From assembly GCA_050951325.1 (NCBI GenBank), contig JBMNIW010000004.1, positions 96,001-160,000 of the forward strand: 64,000 nt of DNA. The letters run 5' to 3'. Shown here piece after piece: positions 9,001-19,207 of this stretch (the first letter of the stretch is position 1; each line of letters starts with the position of its first letter). The stretch comes from Clostridia bacterium. GTDB taxonomy: Bacteria > Bacillota > Clostridia > UBA1212 > DUPL01. The translations under genes were made by a program, and so were the position numbers. The notes beneath the pieces are model-generated. The model was not told the origin of the DNA. It searched no databases and worked only from the letters and a program-made list of their open reading frames with translations.

Positions 9001-11154
9001 ATGAACATCGTAAGAAAAATAGCAAAAGAACTTGATATTAAAGAGTATCAGGTGGAAAACACCATCAAGCTTATCGATGAAGGAAACACCATCCCCTTCA
9101 TAGCAAGATACAGAAAAGAAGCCCACGGCTCATTAGACGACACAACCTTGAGAGAACTGGAAAAAAAACTAAATTACCTAAGAAATCTTGAAAGCAAAAA
9201 AGAAGAAGTAAAAAATCTGCTTGAAAAACAAGGCGTTCTGGATGAAAAATTGACTCAGGAAATCAACAAGGCGGACACTTTGTCTGAAATTGAAGACATC
9301 TACAGACCCTATAGACCAAAAAGAAGAACAAGAGCCACTATAGCAAAGGAAAAAGGTCTTAATCCATTGGCAGAAACAATTTATCAGCAGATAAGAATAG
9401 GCATGCCCTTGGAAGAATATATTCAGAAATTCATAGACGACAACAAGGATACCGTTACAGTAGAGTCTCTTGAAGAAGCAATAAACGGAGTCAGCGATAT
9501 AATTGCTGAATTTGTCAGCGATGATGCTGAAATCAGAAAAAGAGTAAGAGGCCACTTTATCCTAAACAGCCAGATAGTATCAAAGGCTACCGACCCGGAA
9601 ACGGATTCAGTTTACTCAAACTACTACGACTATACGGAATCAACAATAAAAATTGCAGACCACAGAATACTTGCAGTCAACAGGGGTGAAAAGGAAGGCT
9701 TTTTAAAAGTCACAATCCAGGTTAACAAGGAAAATGTACTTAGACTAATAAACAACTATGTAATGAAAGAAGATTGCCAGTACCGTAACTTTATAGAAAG
9801 AGCCATTGAAGACTCCTATACCCGCCTCATAGAGCCCTCCATTGAAAGAGAGATAAGAAACTCCCTTACAGAAAGGGCTGTTGAAGGCGCTATAAAAAAC
9901 TTTTCCAAAAACCTCAAACAACTTCTTATGCAGAGGCCGCTGAAAGGTAAAGTTGTAATGGGAATAGACCCTGCATACAGGACCGGATGCAAATTTGCTG
10001 TTTGTGATGACACAGGCAAAGTTCTGGATACAGGAGTCATCTATCCCACTCCACCCCACAACAAGGTTGAAGAAGCTGCAAAAATGCTCAAAGCAGCAAT
10101 CGAAAAACATAATGTAGATGTAATATCAATAGGAAACGGTACCGCTTCCGGTGAAACGGAGATGTTTGTTGCATCACTGTTAAAGGATATTAAAAGAAAC
10201 ATCGGATACATCGTAGTAAACGAAGCCGGCGCCAGTGTTTACTCAGCCTCCGAACTTGCTGCAGAAGAATTCCCCGATTTCGATGTTGCATTAAGAAGTG
10301 CCGTATCCATTGCAAGAAGACTGCAGGACCCGCTGGCAGAGCTTGTAAAGATTGATCCAAAGGCTATTGGTGTAGGACAGTATCAGCACGACATGCCCAC
10401 CAATCTTTTGGACTCCGCCCTGAAGGGTGTGGTGGAAGACAGCGTCAATACAGTCGGAGTTGACTTGAATACCGCCTCCTTCTCCATCCTCTCCTATGTT
10501 TCCGGCATAAACACATCAGTTGCAAGGGAGATAGTAAAGTATAGGGAAGAAAACGGCAAGTTTAAAAACAGGAAAGAACTTCTCAAGGTTCCCAAACTTG
10601 GTGCTAAGACCTTTGAAATGTGCGCAGGTTTCTTAAGAATTCCAGAAAGCGAGGATTTTCTAGACAACACTGCAGTTCACCCCGAATCCTACGGACCTGC
10701 AAGGAAACTACTGGATATGTGCGGAATAGAGTCCACAAAGGACTTGAAACTGGTTGAGGAAAGAGCGAAAAAAATTGGAGTTGATAAAATAGCCAGGACC
10801 ATTGAAGTGGGAGTCCCAACCCTTTCCGACATAATTGAGGAAATAAAGAAGCCAGGAAGAGATATAAGGGATACATTGCCCTCTCCAATTGTTCGCACCG
10901 AAATTCTCACCCTTGAAAACCTGAAGGAAGGCATGATTCTGACCGGAACTGTAAGGAATGTAATAGACTTTGGAGCCTTTGTAGACATTGGCGTTCACCA
11001 GGACGGTCTTGTGCACATATCTGAAATCTGCGATAAGTACATCAAACATCCCTCTGAAGTTCTAGGAGTGGGAGATATAATCAAAGTCAAGGTTATAGGT
11101 GTTGACATTGACAGAAAAAGAATATCTCTCAGCATGAAAAACATTCCACAATAG
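9001..11154 (+). CDS. tex: Tex family transcription accessory protein (S1 RNA-binding domain)
   Basis: GNTIPFIARYRKE, GIDPAYRTGCK, GNGTAS, IGVGQYQHD motifs and a C-terminal S1 domain. Confidence 0.96.
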   Translation: MNIVRKIAKELDIKEYQVENTIKLIDEGNTIPFIARYRKEAHGSLDDTTLRELEKKLNYLRNLESKKEEVKNLLEKQGVLDEKLTQEINKADTLSEIEDIYRPYRPKRRTRATIAKEKGLNPLAETIYQQIRIGMPLEEYIQKFIDDNKDTVTVESLEEAINGVSDIIAEFVSDDAEIRKRVRGHFILNSQIVSKATDPETDSVYSNYYDYTESTIKIADHRILAVNRGEKEGFLKVTIQVNKENVLRLINNYVMKEDCQYRNFIERAIEDSYTRLIEPSIEREIRNSLTERAVEGAIKNFSKNLKQLLMQRPLKGKVVMGIDPAYRTGCKFAVCDDTGKVLDTGVIYPTPPHNKVEEAAKMLKAAIEKHNVDVISIGNGTASGETEMFVASLLKDIKRNIGYIVVNEAGASVYSASELAAEEFPDFDVALRSAVSIARRLQDPLAELVKIDPKAIGVGQYQHDMPTNLLDSALKGVVEDSVNTVGVDLNTASFSILSYVSGINTSVAREIVKYREENGKFKNRKELLKVPKLGAKTFEMCAGFLRIPESEDFLDNTAVHPESYGPARKLLDMCGIESTKDLKLVEERAKKIGVDKIARTIEVGVPTLSDIIEEIKKPGRDIRDTLPSPIVRTEILTLENLKEGMILTGTVRNVIDFGAFVDIGVHQDGLVHISEICDKYIKHPSEVLGVGDIIKVKVIGVDIDRKRISLSMKNIPQ

Positions 11155-11162
11155 GTGATATC

Positions 11163-13799
11163 ATGAGGTTTTCCACGGAAAGGTTGCTTTCTCTGACTTT
11201 CGTAATTGTTTTAGTTGTAATCATGCTTGTGTCCATCAGGCATGATTACGACAAAAAACCACCCACAGGTCATTTGGAACTGACTGTGGGAGAGGTTTGC
11301 ATATTTTCACTCATGGATAATAAATACATAAAATATAATCTTGAAAAGGACACTGAATACGAAATCTATCTTGACATGGATGCAAAAACCTTCACGGATA
11401 CATACATAGGCCTTTCTATAGACAAAGGAAATATCCAAATTGACGGAAAAGACACAAACAATACCTTGGTTCCAATATCAAACAGCAAACCAATAACCAT
11501 AAAATCAGACAGTGATGCAAACCTTACCGTCTCCGTCTTTACATACAACAAAAGCATAAACAAGGAAATACTATATACCAGCAACTTTAATTTCCTAAGC
11601 AGTATCAATGACTTCTCCAACGAGAAAGAGGATTTGATTCTGGTTCTGACAGGAGATATCAAAACGACTGAAACGTTGATTATTAAAAGACCCTGCGAAT
11701 TCTTCTTGAATGGATTCAACTTTGAATCCACACAAGACTTCATTGTGGATTTTGAATCCACCAAACCATTTATAATTCACATGAGAGATAAAAAACAGAT
11801 CAGGGTTAATGCCTTCTATGCCAATACTCCAAACAGCGACATAACTATTGACAAGATCTTTTTCAAGGATGAGCCCGAATACGCAGTAAGAGCAAAGACC
11901 TTGAACGGAAAATCCATCGGCACAAAAACAACTGTAAAAAGTGCTGAAAAGTTCCTTCAGCTTTTAGATGACAATCACTACCCTTACCTTTATCCGGATA
12001 CAACAATTTCAGTTGGCAATTTTATTCTCGATAACAAGGCTGTTGAATCCTTTTACAACACTTTCAAGAAGGAAATAACAGTTACAAAGCCTGTCAGGCT
12101 CGTTATTAATAAAGGGTTTGAAATAAAGGATGTCGTGTTAAATATCCAAACGGATGAAAAAGGCACCTTGGTAGTTAATGTGGATGAAAATGCAAACTTC
12201 AGCTATCACCATATTTCAATAGATGCCCCAAACTGCTCCCTTTTATGGACAAATTCCGCTCCTAAAGAAGATTATGTGGCAAAATACATGAATGTTCAAA
12301 CATATCAGGGAAAGCCTGTAAACAGCTTTCTTGGCGGCAATGGAAAAGGAAGAATTATAGAATTTGCCAGCAATGACTCTCTGGGTCTGGAGTGGGTGGT
12401 GAAGGGAAATGTAATTGAAGCACAAATCCCCTTTGATACCAGCGACATACAGCTTGCCGATATTGAAATAAGTTTTATGACAAGTGAAGGCACAGCTGAA
12501 ATAGATAAGAAATATGTAAAAGATAATAATTTGGTAGATCTGCATGAATCCCCCTTGATTGTCGTTACCGATGAAAAAGGCAAAACAAGAACTTACATGG
12601 TATCAGTAAAGAGAAAAGCAAACTCTCTTCCAATAATCTACATATACACCGATGACTATAGAACAATCGATTCAAAGGAAGAATACATACCAGGTTCCTT
12701 CATGATGGATGCGGACCATGTAGATGGGAACTATACAATTCCAACTACAAGTATGAATATTAGGGGGAGAGGCAATTCCACCTGGAGACTTTTTGACAAG
12801 AAACCATATAGAATCAAATTTGATGAAAAGGTATCTTTGTTTGGCCTTGCACCTAACAGGGACTGGGTGCTCCTTGCAAACTATGCAGACCACTCCCTGC
12901 TAAGAAATTACGTTGCCATGGAAATGGGCAAGAAACTTACAAACCTTGAATTCACACCTTCTTCCTACCCTGTTGACTTGTTTGTTAACGGTGAATACAT
13001 GGGTGTGTATTCAATTGGCGAACAGATAGAAGTTGCAAAAAGCCGTGTTGATATTGACGAGGACTATGACGATCCTGACACCGGATATCTCCTTGAGGTA
13101 GGAGGAACTGACAATGTCCTTGAACTGGGTGTCGACTTTTTCCACTCCATGCTTCTTAAGTGGGTCGCCATAAAGAGTCCGGACACAAGGGCAATGTCAA
13201 AAGAACACTTTGACTTCATATCGCAATTTACAAAGGATGCAGACAATGCCATAGTCAGAAATCTGGATTATGAAAACTATGTAGACATTGACTCGGTAAT
13301 TGATTGGGTTATTCTACATGAATTTACCTGCAACCTCGATTCAGGATTTAGAAGAAGCTGTTTTCTTTACAAGGATAAAGGCGGAAAACTCCGCATGGGA
13401 CCCATATGGGACTTCGACCTTGCCTTTGGCAACTACTTCAGAGACAACTCTTATGACACATGGTTTACCTGCGGTGGAGAAACTTTGGGAAGCACCTGGA
13501 CTACTTTCCTTTACCAGTATCCTAAGTTTAACGAGAAATACAAAACGAGATGGAACGAGGTTAAGGATGTACTAAAAGATACCGCCCTTTCTGCAGTCAC
13601 CAACGGTAAAAACATGGTTTACAAGTCTGCAATGTACAACTTTGAAAAATGGAATAAGTTGCTTGGCAACAAAACTTCCCTGCAGCCTGAGCATATTAGG
13701 GAGATGAAAACCTATGACGACCATATCAACTATCTCCTAAATTTCATAAATACCCGTTTCGAGTGGCTTGACAACGCTATAAACAACCTGCCCTCGTAG
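11163..13799 (+). CDS. CotH kinase family protein with N-terminal membrane anchor and long extracellular region
   Basis: RGRGNSTW, KKPYRIKF, WVLLANYAD, NGEYMGVY and GPIWDFDLAFGN motifs in the C-terminal ~390 aa. Confidence 0.9.
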   Translation: MRFSTERLLSLTFVIVLVVIMLVSIRHDYDKKPPTGHLELTVGEVCIFSLMDNKYIKYNLEKDTEYEIYLDMDAKTFTDTYIGLSIDKGNIQIDGKDTNNTLVPISNSKPITIKSDSDANLTVSVFTYNKSINKEILYTSNFNFLSSINDFSNEKEDLILVLTGDIKTTETLIIKRPCEFFLNGFNFESTQDFIVDFESTKPFIIHMRDKKQIRVNAFYANTPNSDITIDKIFFKDEPEYAVRAKTLNGKSIGTKTTVKSAEKFLQLLDDNHYPYLYPDTTISVGNFILDNKAVESFYNTFKKEITVTKPVRLVINKGFEIKDVVLNIQTDEKGTLVVNVDENANFSYHHISIDAPNCSLLWTNSAPKEDYVAKYMNVQTYQGKPVNSFLGGNGKGRIIEFASNDSLGLEWVVKGNVIEAQIPFDTSDIQLADIEISFMTSEGTAEIDKKYVKDNNLVDLHESPLIVVTDEKGKTRTYMVSVKRKANSLPIIYIYTDDYRTIDSKEEYIPGSFMMDADHVDGNYTIPTTSMNIRGRGNSTWRLFDKKPYRIKFDEKVSLFGLAPNRDWVLLANYADHSLLRNYVAMEMGKKLTNLEFTPSSYPVDLFVNGEYMGVYSIGEQIEVAKSRVDIDEDYDDPDTGYLLEVGGTDNVLELGVDFFHSMLLKWVAIKSPDTRAMSKEHFDFISQFTKDADNAIVRNLDYENYVDIDSVIDWVILHEFTCNLDSGFRRSCFLYKDKGGKLRMGPIWDFDLAFGNYFRDNSYDTWFTCGGETLGSTWTTFLYQYPKFNEKYKTRWNEVKDVLKDTALSAVTNGKNMVYKSAMYNFEKWNKLLGNKTSLQPEHIREMKTYDDHINYLLNFINTRFEWLDNAINNLPS

Positions 13800-13806
13800 A
13801 AAAAGT

Positions 13807-13833
13807 AATATTTGCGAAAGCTTGTCATATAAT
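13807..13833 (+). promoter_or_regulatory. Putative sigmaE (mother-cell sporulation) promoter
   Basis: AATATT-13nt-CATATAAT upstream of the 13863 ORF resembles the sigmaE consensus. Confidence 0.5.
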
Positions 13834-13862
13834 TTACCATAACTATTTAGTGAGGGATATGT

Positions 13863-14942
13863 ATGAGCTTTAACAATGGATATTACTTTTTCGAGCATAG
13901 TGACAAAAGCGTAAGCGGGTATATCATGTTCAGAAAGTCAAACGGCTCTGTACGCGTTCAAGTTTTGGTTGAAGGACTTAACGTACCTGCTGACAAAGGA
14001 CAAGTGTATCTATCAAATGCGCAGGGTGACAAGCTGCATTTGGCGGATGTGCCTTTGAGAAAGATGAAAAACGGAAGAAGGAGCGTAAACTGCGACGTAC
14101 GCTTCAATGAAAACAGGAAATCATTAAACAGTTTTGACTGCGCCCACATAGTTGTCAGGAACAAATCCGTCATTGAAGCTTTTTCTGGGAAAGTTAGAAA
14201 CTTTGACAGGGACATGTTCAACGACAATTACCAAAAGAAGCCTGAAAAAACTGCTGCTCCTGAGAAAAAGGAGTTGGACAAGATCGAAGAAAAACCAAAA
14301 CCAGAACTCAAACCCATGCCAGAACCAAAACCGCTTGTTGATATTGAAACCAAACCCGAGATAAAAGAGGAAAAACCTCCCGAGCCGCAGAAAACTGCAA
14401 ACGACACAACAAACGGCCGTACAATTGCGCCTTCAAAAACAGAGCAATTTACAAAACCGCAGAACATGGAAAAACCCAGCTTTGACTGGGATGAATTCCT
14501 GAACAAGGAGCTAAAGGCAGCCGACATAAACAAGGAAGTCAAGAAGGAAGAGAAATATCCTGACGACACCTTCAATGAAATGCTCCTTCCCTTTGATCCA
14601 TTCAATACTACCAACAAGGCTTACAACTGGTGGGTTGCAGACAACTATCAGCAGGCATCCGACGCCTTCAAGGCAATAAATGTACTTATGCCCACAATAA
14701 TAACAAAGTTTCTGTACAACAATATTGAAAACCACAAACATGCACTGATTGGCAGATACGAGCAGGACGGACGGAAATTCGTAATACTGGGCATACCCTC
14801 TGCCAATGTCATAACCAACTCCGTTGCCCGCTGGATGAAGTGTTCCGTCTTTTATACGGATACAGAATATGTTGGGTATCTCCTCTACTACATAGACGCA
14901 AAAACATCTTCATTGGTAAAGGCGGTGCCCCAGGAAGACTAA
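13863..14942 (+). CDS. Hypothetical protein with Pro/Glu/Lys-rich linker, possibly sporulation-associated
   Basis: 359-aa ORF with RBS GAGGG, next to spmAB and behind a sigmaE-like promoter. Confidence 0.7.
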   Translation: MSFNNGYYFFEHSDKSVSGYIMFRKSNGSVRVQVLVEGLNVPADKGQVYLSNAQGDKLHLADVPLRKMKNGRRSVNCDVRFNENRKSLNSFDCAHIVVRNKSVIEAFSGKVRNFDRDMFNDNYQKKPEKTAAPEKKELDKIEEKPKPELKPMPEPKPLVDIETKPEIKEEKPPEPQKTANDTTNGRTIAPSKTEQFTKPQNMEKPSFDWDEFLNKELKAADINKEVKKEEKYPDDTFNEMLLPFDPFNTTNKAYNWWVADNYQQASDAFKAINVLMPTIITKFLYNNIENHKHALIGRYEQDGRKFVILGIPSANVITNSVARWMKCSVFYTDTEYVGYLLYYIDAKTSSLVKAVPQED

Positions 14943-14944
14943 AA

Positions 14945-15469
14945 TCAAATACCAAAAATCAAGGATATGAAAACCCCTGCATAGAAGGCGGAAACAAAAC
15001 TTGCTACAAGAGCCGCTGTCAAAACATTGGGGGTTTTCCTTATTCTTGTATTCTGGGTGTATACAGTCAATGTATAAAGTATGGTTTCAGTAGAACCCAT
15101 CATTACAGACGCAATCATGCCGGCTTTTGAATCCGCACCGTAAGTCTTGAATATGTCTGCAAGAAGTGCCAATGAGCCGCTGCCAGACACTGGTCTCATT
15201 ATCAAAAAAGGAACAAGGGCGTCATCAAGGCCAAGAAAGCTGGTAACAGGGTGTAAAAAAGAAACCAGAATATCCAATGCTCCGGATGCCCTGAAAACGC
15301 TGATTGCTACAATCAGACCTACAAGGGAAGGAAGAAGCTTTACAATGGTGGTTGCTCCTTCCTTTGCTCCCACTATAAAAGAATCAAAACATTTCACCTT
15401 TCTGAACACTCCGGAAACGAGAATTAAAAGCACCATTACCGGTATTACATAGGAGATGAATTGAGTCAT
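14945..15469 (-). CDS. spmB: Spore maturation protein B
   Basis: MRPVSGSGS and MMGSTETILYT motifs; follows spmA. Confidence 0.93.
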   Translation of the reverse strand: MTQFISYVIPVMVLLILVSGVFRKVKCFDSFIVGAKEGATTIVKLLPSLVGLIVAISVFRASGALDILVSFLHPVTSFLGLDDALVPFLIMRPVSGSGSLALLADIFKTYGADSKAGMIASVMMGSTETILYTLTVYTQNTRIRKTPNVLTAALVASFVSAFYAGVFISLIFGI

Positions 15470-16047
15470 TACCGCTTCCTCCTTCCATCAAGGATAAAAA
15501 AAACAAGAAGAGCGGTTATAAGGGTAAGAACTGATGTAATCCATATAGGCACCAAAACATCTGCAGGATTCTTCGCTCCGAATGAATTTCTCAAGGCAAT
15601 AATGGTTGTAGGTACAAGTTGAAGGCATGCGGAATTTACAACGAGAAACAAACATGTGCTTTTTCTGGCAGTGGTGTTTGGATTTGTCCTTTCAAGTTCA
15701 TGGACTGCAGCAATTCCTGATGGAGTGGCTCCATTACCCAAACCTAGAAAGTTCGCTGTCAGGTTTGTGACAATATGCTTTTCTGCTTCCTTGTTGTACC
15801 TTGTTTCAGGAAACAGTTTCCTAATAACGGGACTGATTAGTTTTGATATGAAGTTAATGCCTCCCGCATCCTGAAATATGCGCATCAAGCCACACCAAAG
15901 GGAAACCACTCCCAAAAGACCTATGCAGAAAGTAACCGCATCATTTGACGCATCCAACAAGGTTTTGCCAACGGCATCAATTTTTCCGTTGGCAATACCA
16001 ACGACCAGACCAACAATCAACAAAGCAACCCAGATATAATTTAGCAT
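15469..16047 (-). CDS. spmA: Spore maturation protein A
   Basis: MLNYIW start, ANFLGLGNGATPSG, QLVPTT. Confidence 0.93.
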   Translation of the reverse strand: MLNYIWVALLIVGLVVGIANGKIDAVGKTLLDASNDAVTFCIGLLGVVSLWCGLMRIFQDAGGINFISKLISPVIRKLFPETRYNKEAEKHIVTNLTANFLGLGNGATPSGIAAVHELERTNPNTTARKSTCLFLVVNSACLQLVPTTIIALRNSFGAKNPADVLVPIWITSVLTLITALLVFFILDGRRKR

Positions 16048-16076
16048 ATTACCTACCCATTGGGATTCCTTTTTAA

Positions 16077-16104
16077 TATATATGCCTGGACAATTCCAAA
16101 TATT
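16077..16104 (-). promoter_or_regulatory. Putative sigmaE promoter of spmAB
   Basis: Minus strand reads AATATT-14nt-CATATATA. spmAB is a known sigmaE-regulon member in spore formers. Confidence 0.6.
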
Positions 16105-16133
16105 TGTTTAAATATTAATTTATCCTATTTCTA

Positions 16134-16162
16134 TTGACTTTAATTTACATCTAGGGTATGAT
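16134..16162 (+). promoter_or_regulatory. sigmaA promoter of abrB
   Basis: TTGACT-17nt-TATGAT. Confidence 0.7.
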
Positions 16163-16201
16163 GATAGGTGTAAATATTTTTGTAAAGGGGAGGAGAATAA
16201 T

Positions 16202-16444
16202 ATGATGAAATCAACGGGTATAGTTAGACGAGTTGACGAGCTAGGTAGAGTTGTACTTCCCATTGAGCTTAGAAGAACACTCGACATCCAAGAAAAAGAC
16301 GCTCTCGAGATCTACGTGGATGCCAATTCAATCATATTGAAGAAATATGAACCATCCTGTGTATTCTGCGGGAATGCCAGAGATGTGATTCAATACAAGG
16401 GAAAGAATATTTGCCCGGATTGCATTTATGACCTTAAGAAATAA
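16202..16444 (+). CDS. abrB: AbrB family transition-state regulator
   Basis: MKSTGIVRRVDELGRVVLPIELRR plus C-terminal CxxC...CxxC; convergent with rsmI as in other Firmicutes. Confidence 0.95.
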   Translation: MMKSTGIVRRVDELGRVVLPIELRRTLDIQEKDALEIYVDANSIILKKYEPSCVFCGNARDVIQYKGKNICPDCIYDLKK

Positions 16445-16462
16445 CATAATATATAGGCGCTA

Positions 16463-17299
16463 TCAAAGGGTAGTGCCTTTTTTTCTTTCATAAATTGCAT
16501 AAACATCGTTTCTCGAAAGACCAGTTTCCTTTGCAACTTCTTTAATCGCATTGTTTCTCTTTAGACCACTTTCAATCTTTTCATTTACCATGTTGAATAT
16601 TTCAACCTCTTCGTATTCTATTACTTCTTCTACTTCCCGATTCCCTTCAATAACGATAACGAACTCTCCTCTTGGATTGTTTTCTTCATAGAACCCAATC
16701 AAGCTGTCCACACTACCCCATTTCAATTCTTCAAACTTTTTCGTAAGTTCTCTGGCAAGGCAAATCTTCCTGTCTACTACATGTTCTTTCAATTCCTTAA
16801 GGGTGGAGAGTATGTTGTGTGGAGCCTCATAAAACACAAGTGTTCTTTTTTCATCAGAAATCCTTTTAAGGACTTCCCTTCTCTTTTTCTTATCCTGAGG
16901 TAGGAATCCTTCAAAAACAAAACTTCTTGTATTGAAACCAGATAAAACAACACCCATTATCAAAGCGCAGGGACCGGGTATCAGAGTATATTCAATACCA
17001 TTTTCAATTGCGAGTTTCACCAAATCCTCTCCCGGATCAGAAATACCGGGAGTACCCGCATCGGTAACATACGCAATGGATTCTCCGTTTTTCAGCTTCT
17101 CTATCAACTTTTCACCCAATGTATCCTTGTTGTGCTCATGGTAACTTACAAGAGGTTTTCTAATATCAAAACGCATAAGAAGCTTTGCGGTATGCCTTGT
17201 ATCTTCCGCTGCAATCAAATCCACACTCCTTAATGTATCAAGTGCTCTTATGGATATGTCCTCAAGATTCCCTATTGGTGTTGCAATTAAATACAGCAT
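16463..17299 (-). CDS. rsmI: 16S rRNA (cytidine1402-2'-O)-methyltransferase
   Basis: LYLIATPIGNLEDI, AEDTR, DAGTPGISDPG, RELTKKFE. Confidence 0.95.
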   Translation of the reverse strand: MLYLIATPIGNLEDISIRALDTLRSVDLIAAEDTRHTAKLLMRFDIRKPLVSYHEHNKDTLGEKLIEKLKNGESIAYVTDAGTPGISDPGEDLVKLAIENGIEYTLIPGPCALIMGVVLSGFNTRSFVFEGFLPQDKKKRREVLKRISDEKRTLVFYEAPHNILSTLKELKEHVVDRKICLARELTKKFEELKWGSVDSLIGFYEENNPRGEFVIVIEGNREVEEVIEYEEVEIFNMVNEKIESGLKRNNAIKEVAKETGLSRNDVYAIYERKKGTTL

Positions 17300-17308
17300 T
17301 TTCTTCTC

Positions 17309-18028
17309 CTATAAATTAACTTTTTCCTCAATCATTTTGCACGACAGATTAGGGTCCACAAGTACGGGAGTACCCACTTTCAAATTCTCACCACCATACA
17401 AGTTTGCCTTAAGCAAAAACAGTATGGGACTGCTTGAAAGCTTTGAATGTACAAACCTTATCAATTTAGGTTCTAGTTTGTACTTTCTTAATGCAACCAA
17501 AGTGTCGCACAGCCTGTCCGGTCTGTTCACCATATACAAGGTGCCTTTTGGCACCAGTACCTGAGCTGCTCCTTTTACAATATCCTCAATGGTGCAAAGA
17601 ATCTCATGCCTGGCAGCAGCATTGCTTTCATTAACATTCATCAGACCAGTCCCAAGTTTTTTATACGGGGGATTTGTAACAACCACATCGAAGCTGGCTT
17701 TAGGAAAGTAGTCAAGTATGTTTTTGACATCTCCCCTTACAATGGAAATCCTGTCGTTCAAATTGTTCAAACTGACGCTTCTTGCTGCCATGTCGGCAAT
17801 ATGGTCCTGTATCTCAAGACCTGCAAATAAGCTTTCCAAGTTCTTGTATGACAAAAGTATGGGGATGATTCCTGATCCGGTTCCTATGTCAAGAACTCTT
17901 TGTTTTCCCTTCAGTTCTGCAAAAAGCGACAAAAGGATGCTGTCAGTACCAAATCTAAAACTGTCATTTTTCTGTATTATTCTTAAATTGCCAATCATCA
18001 AGTCTTCTATTCTTTCATCCGGATGCAT
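17309..18028 (-). CDS. tRNA1(Val) adenine-N6 methyltransferase (YabB/TrmN6-like)
   Basis: FRFGTDS, LDIGTGSG, NPPY and ARHE motifs; conserved gene position. Confidence 0.88.
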   Translation of the reverse strand: MHPDERIEDLMIGNLRIIQKNDSFRFGTDSILLSLFAELKGKQRVLDIGTGSGIIPILLSYKNLESLFAGLEIQDHIADMAARSVSLNNLNDRISIVRGDVKNILDYFPKASFDVVVTNPPYKKLGTGLMNVNESNAAARHEILCTIEDIVKGAAQVLVPKGTLYMVNRPDRLCDTLVALRKYKLEPKLIRFVHSKLSSSPILFLLKANLYGGENLKVGTPVLVDPNLSCKMIEEKVNL

Positions 18029-18046
18029 AAAAAAACCCCTTTAATC

Positions 18047-18080
18047 AAAAAAGCTTGCTTGAAACCAAGCAAACTTTTTT
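18047..18080. terminator. Bidirectional intrinsic terminator after the ferredoxin
   Basis: AAAAAAGcTTGCTTG-aaac-CAAGCAAaCTTTTTT hairpin. Confidence 0.75.
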
Positions 18081-18107
18081 ATCCATTATTCCAAAGTCAT
18101 GTACAAA

Positions 18108-18278
18108 TTAATCCTGTGGCTTTGGAGCATCAGTAGGGCATACAGCCGCGCAGCTACCACAATCTATGCATTGCTCAGCATCTATTACGTAAATATCACC
18201 CTCTGAAATGCAATCTGTTGGACACTCTGGCACGCACGCTCCGCATGCAATGCAGTCATCTGTAATATGATATGCCAT
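18108..18278 (-). CDS. 2[4Fe-4S] clostridial-type ferredoxin (56 aa, absent from the ORF track)
   Basis: Manual translation MAYHITDDCIACGACVPECPTDCISEGDIYVIDAEQCIDCGSCAAVCPTDAPKPQD, with two CxxCxxCxxxCP motifs and RBS GGGGGTG. Confidence 0.95.
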   Translation of the reverse strand: MAYHITDDCIACGACVPECPTDCISEGDIYVIDAEQCIDCGSCAAVCPTDAPKPQD

Positions 18279-18331
18279 AAATACACCCCCAAATAATTTA
18301 CGTACTATTTTATTTTACCACCAATTGCGTT

Positions 18332-19207
18332 TTAGTCAAGGTCTTCCTCTAAATCCTGTAAACCAAGTTTGAAATTATCCACATCGCAAACATCCGCATC
18401 CCTGATAACCTTGATTTCAGAAACCGAATATGTAGTGAGCTCGGTTTCGTTTTCCTTGTCCAGCCTTACCTGAACATTCTCCTTTAGAAGATTGGAAGAA
18501 ACAACAACTCCATTACCGTCAGGAGTTTCCACCACCGCCCCTACCCCGGGCACTACGGACAACGCTTGTTCGTAAGCATCCTGCTCGTAATTCAGGCAGC
18601 ACATGAGTCTACCGCAAGTGCCCGAAATTTTGTTTGGACTCAGGGAAAGTCCCTGCTCCTTTGCCATTCTTATGGACACCGGCTGAAACTCACCAAGGCA
18701 AGAAGTGCAGCACAAAACTCTTCCGCACACTCCAAGGCCTCCAATGGTCTTGGCTTCGTCTCTTACTCCTACCTGCCTGAGCTCAATACGGGTTTTAAAT
18801 ATTGCCGCAAGATCCTTTACAAGCTCTCTGAAATCTATTCGTCCATCTGCAGTGAAATAAAAGAGAAGCTTGTTATTGTCAAAGGTATACTCGCAGTCTA
18901 TCAGCTTCATTGCAAGCCCGTGCTCGTTAATCTTGTCAAGGCAGATGCCGTGTGCTCTTTTTGCCTTCTCAATATTCTTAAGATGTGTTTCATGGTCTTC
19001 TTCCGTAGCTACACGGACCACATCCTTCAGCGGAGGAACGATCTCCTCATCATCCACCATTCTGTGTGGAATGACCACTTCCCCATACTCAAGTTCCCTG
19101 GAAGTTTCAACAATTACATATGTCCCTTTGTCAAACTTTTGACCTTTGGGATTAAAATAATATATCTTACCATTCGGTCTGAATCTTACTCCTACTACCT
19201 CAATCAT
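18332..19207 (-). CDS. ricT: PSP1-domain stage 0 sporulation protein (YaaT/RicT)
   Basis: Start at MIEVVGVRF; FYFTADGRIDFRELVKDL, GVCGRVLCC, GTCGRLMCCL. Confidence 0.92.
   Translation of the reverse strand: MIEVVGVRFRPNGKIYYFNPKGQKFDKGTYVIVETSRELEYGEVVIPHRMVDDEEIVPPLKDVVRVATEEDHETHLKNIEKAKRAHGICLDKINEHGLAMKLIDCEYTFDNNKLLFYFTADGRIDFRELVKDLAAIFKTRIELRQVGVRDEAKTIGGLGVCGRVLCCTSCLGEFQPVSIRMAKEQGLSLSPNKISGTCGRLMCCLNYEQDAYEQALSVVPGVGAVVETPDGNGVVVSSNLLKENVQVRLDKENETELTTYSVSEIKVIRDADVCDVDNFKLGLQDLEEDLD

Noticed and set aside
16163-16200. Spo0A boxes upstream of abrB
   Set aside because: No TGNCGAA match; TGTAAAT and TGTAAAG are too degenerate to call.
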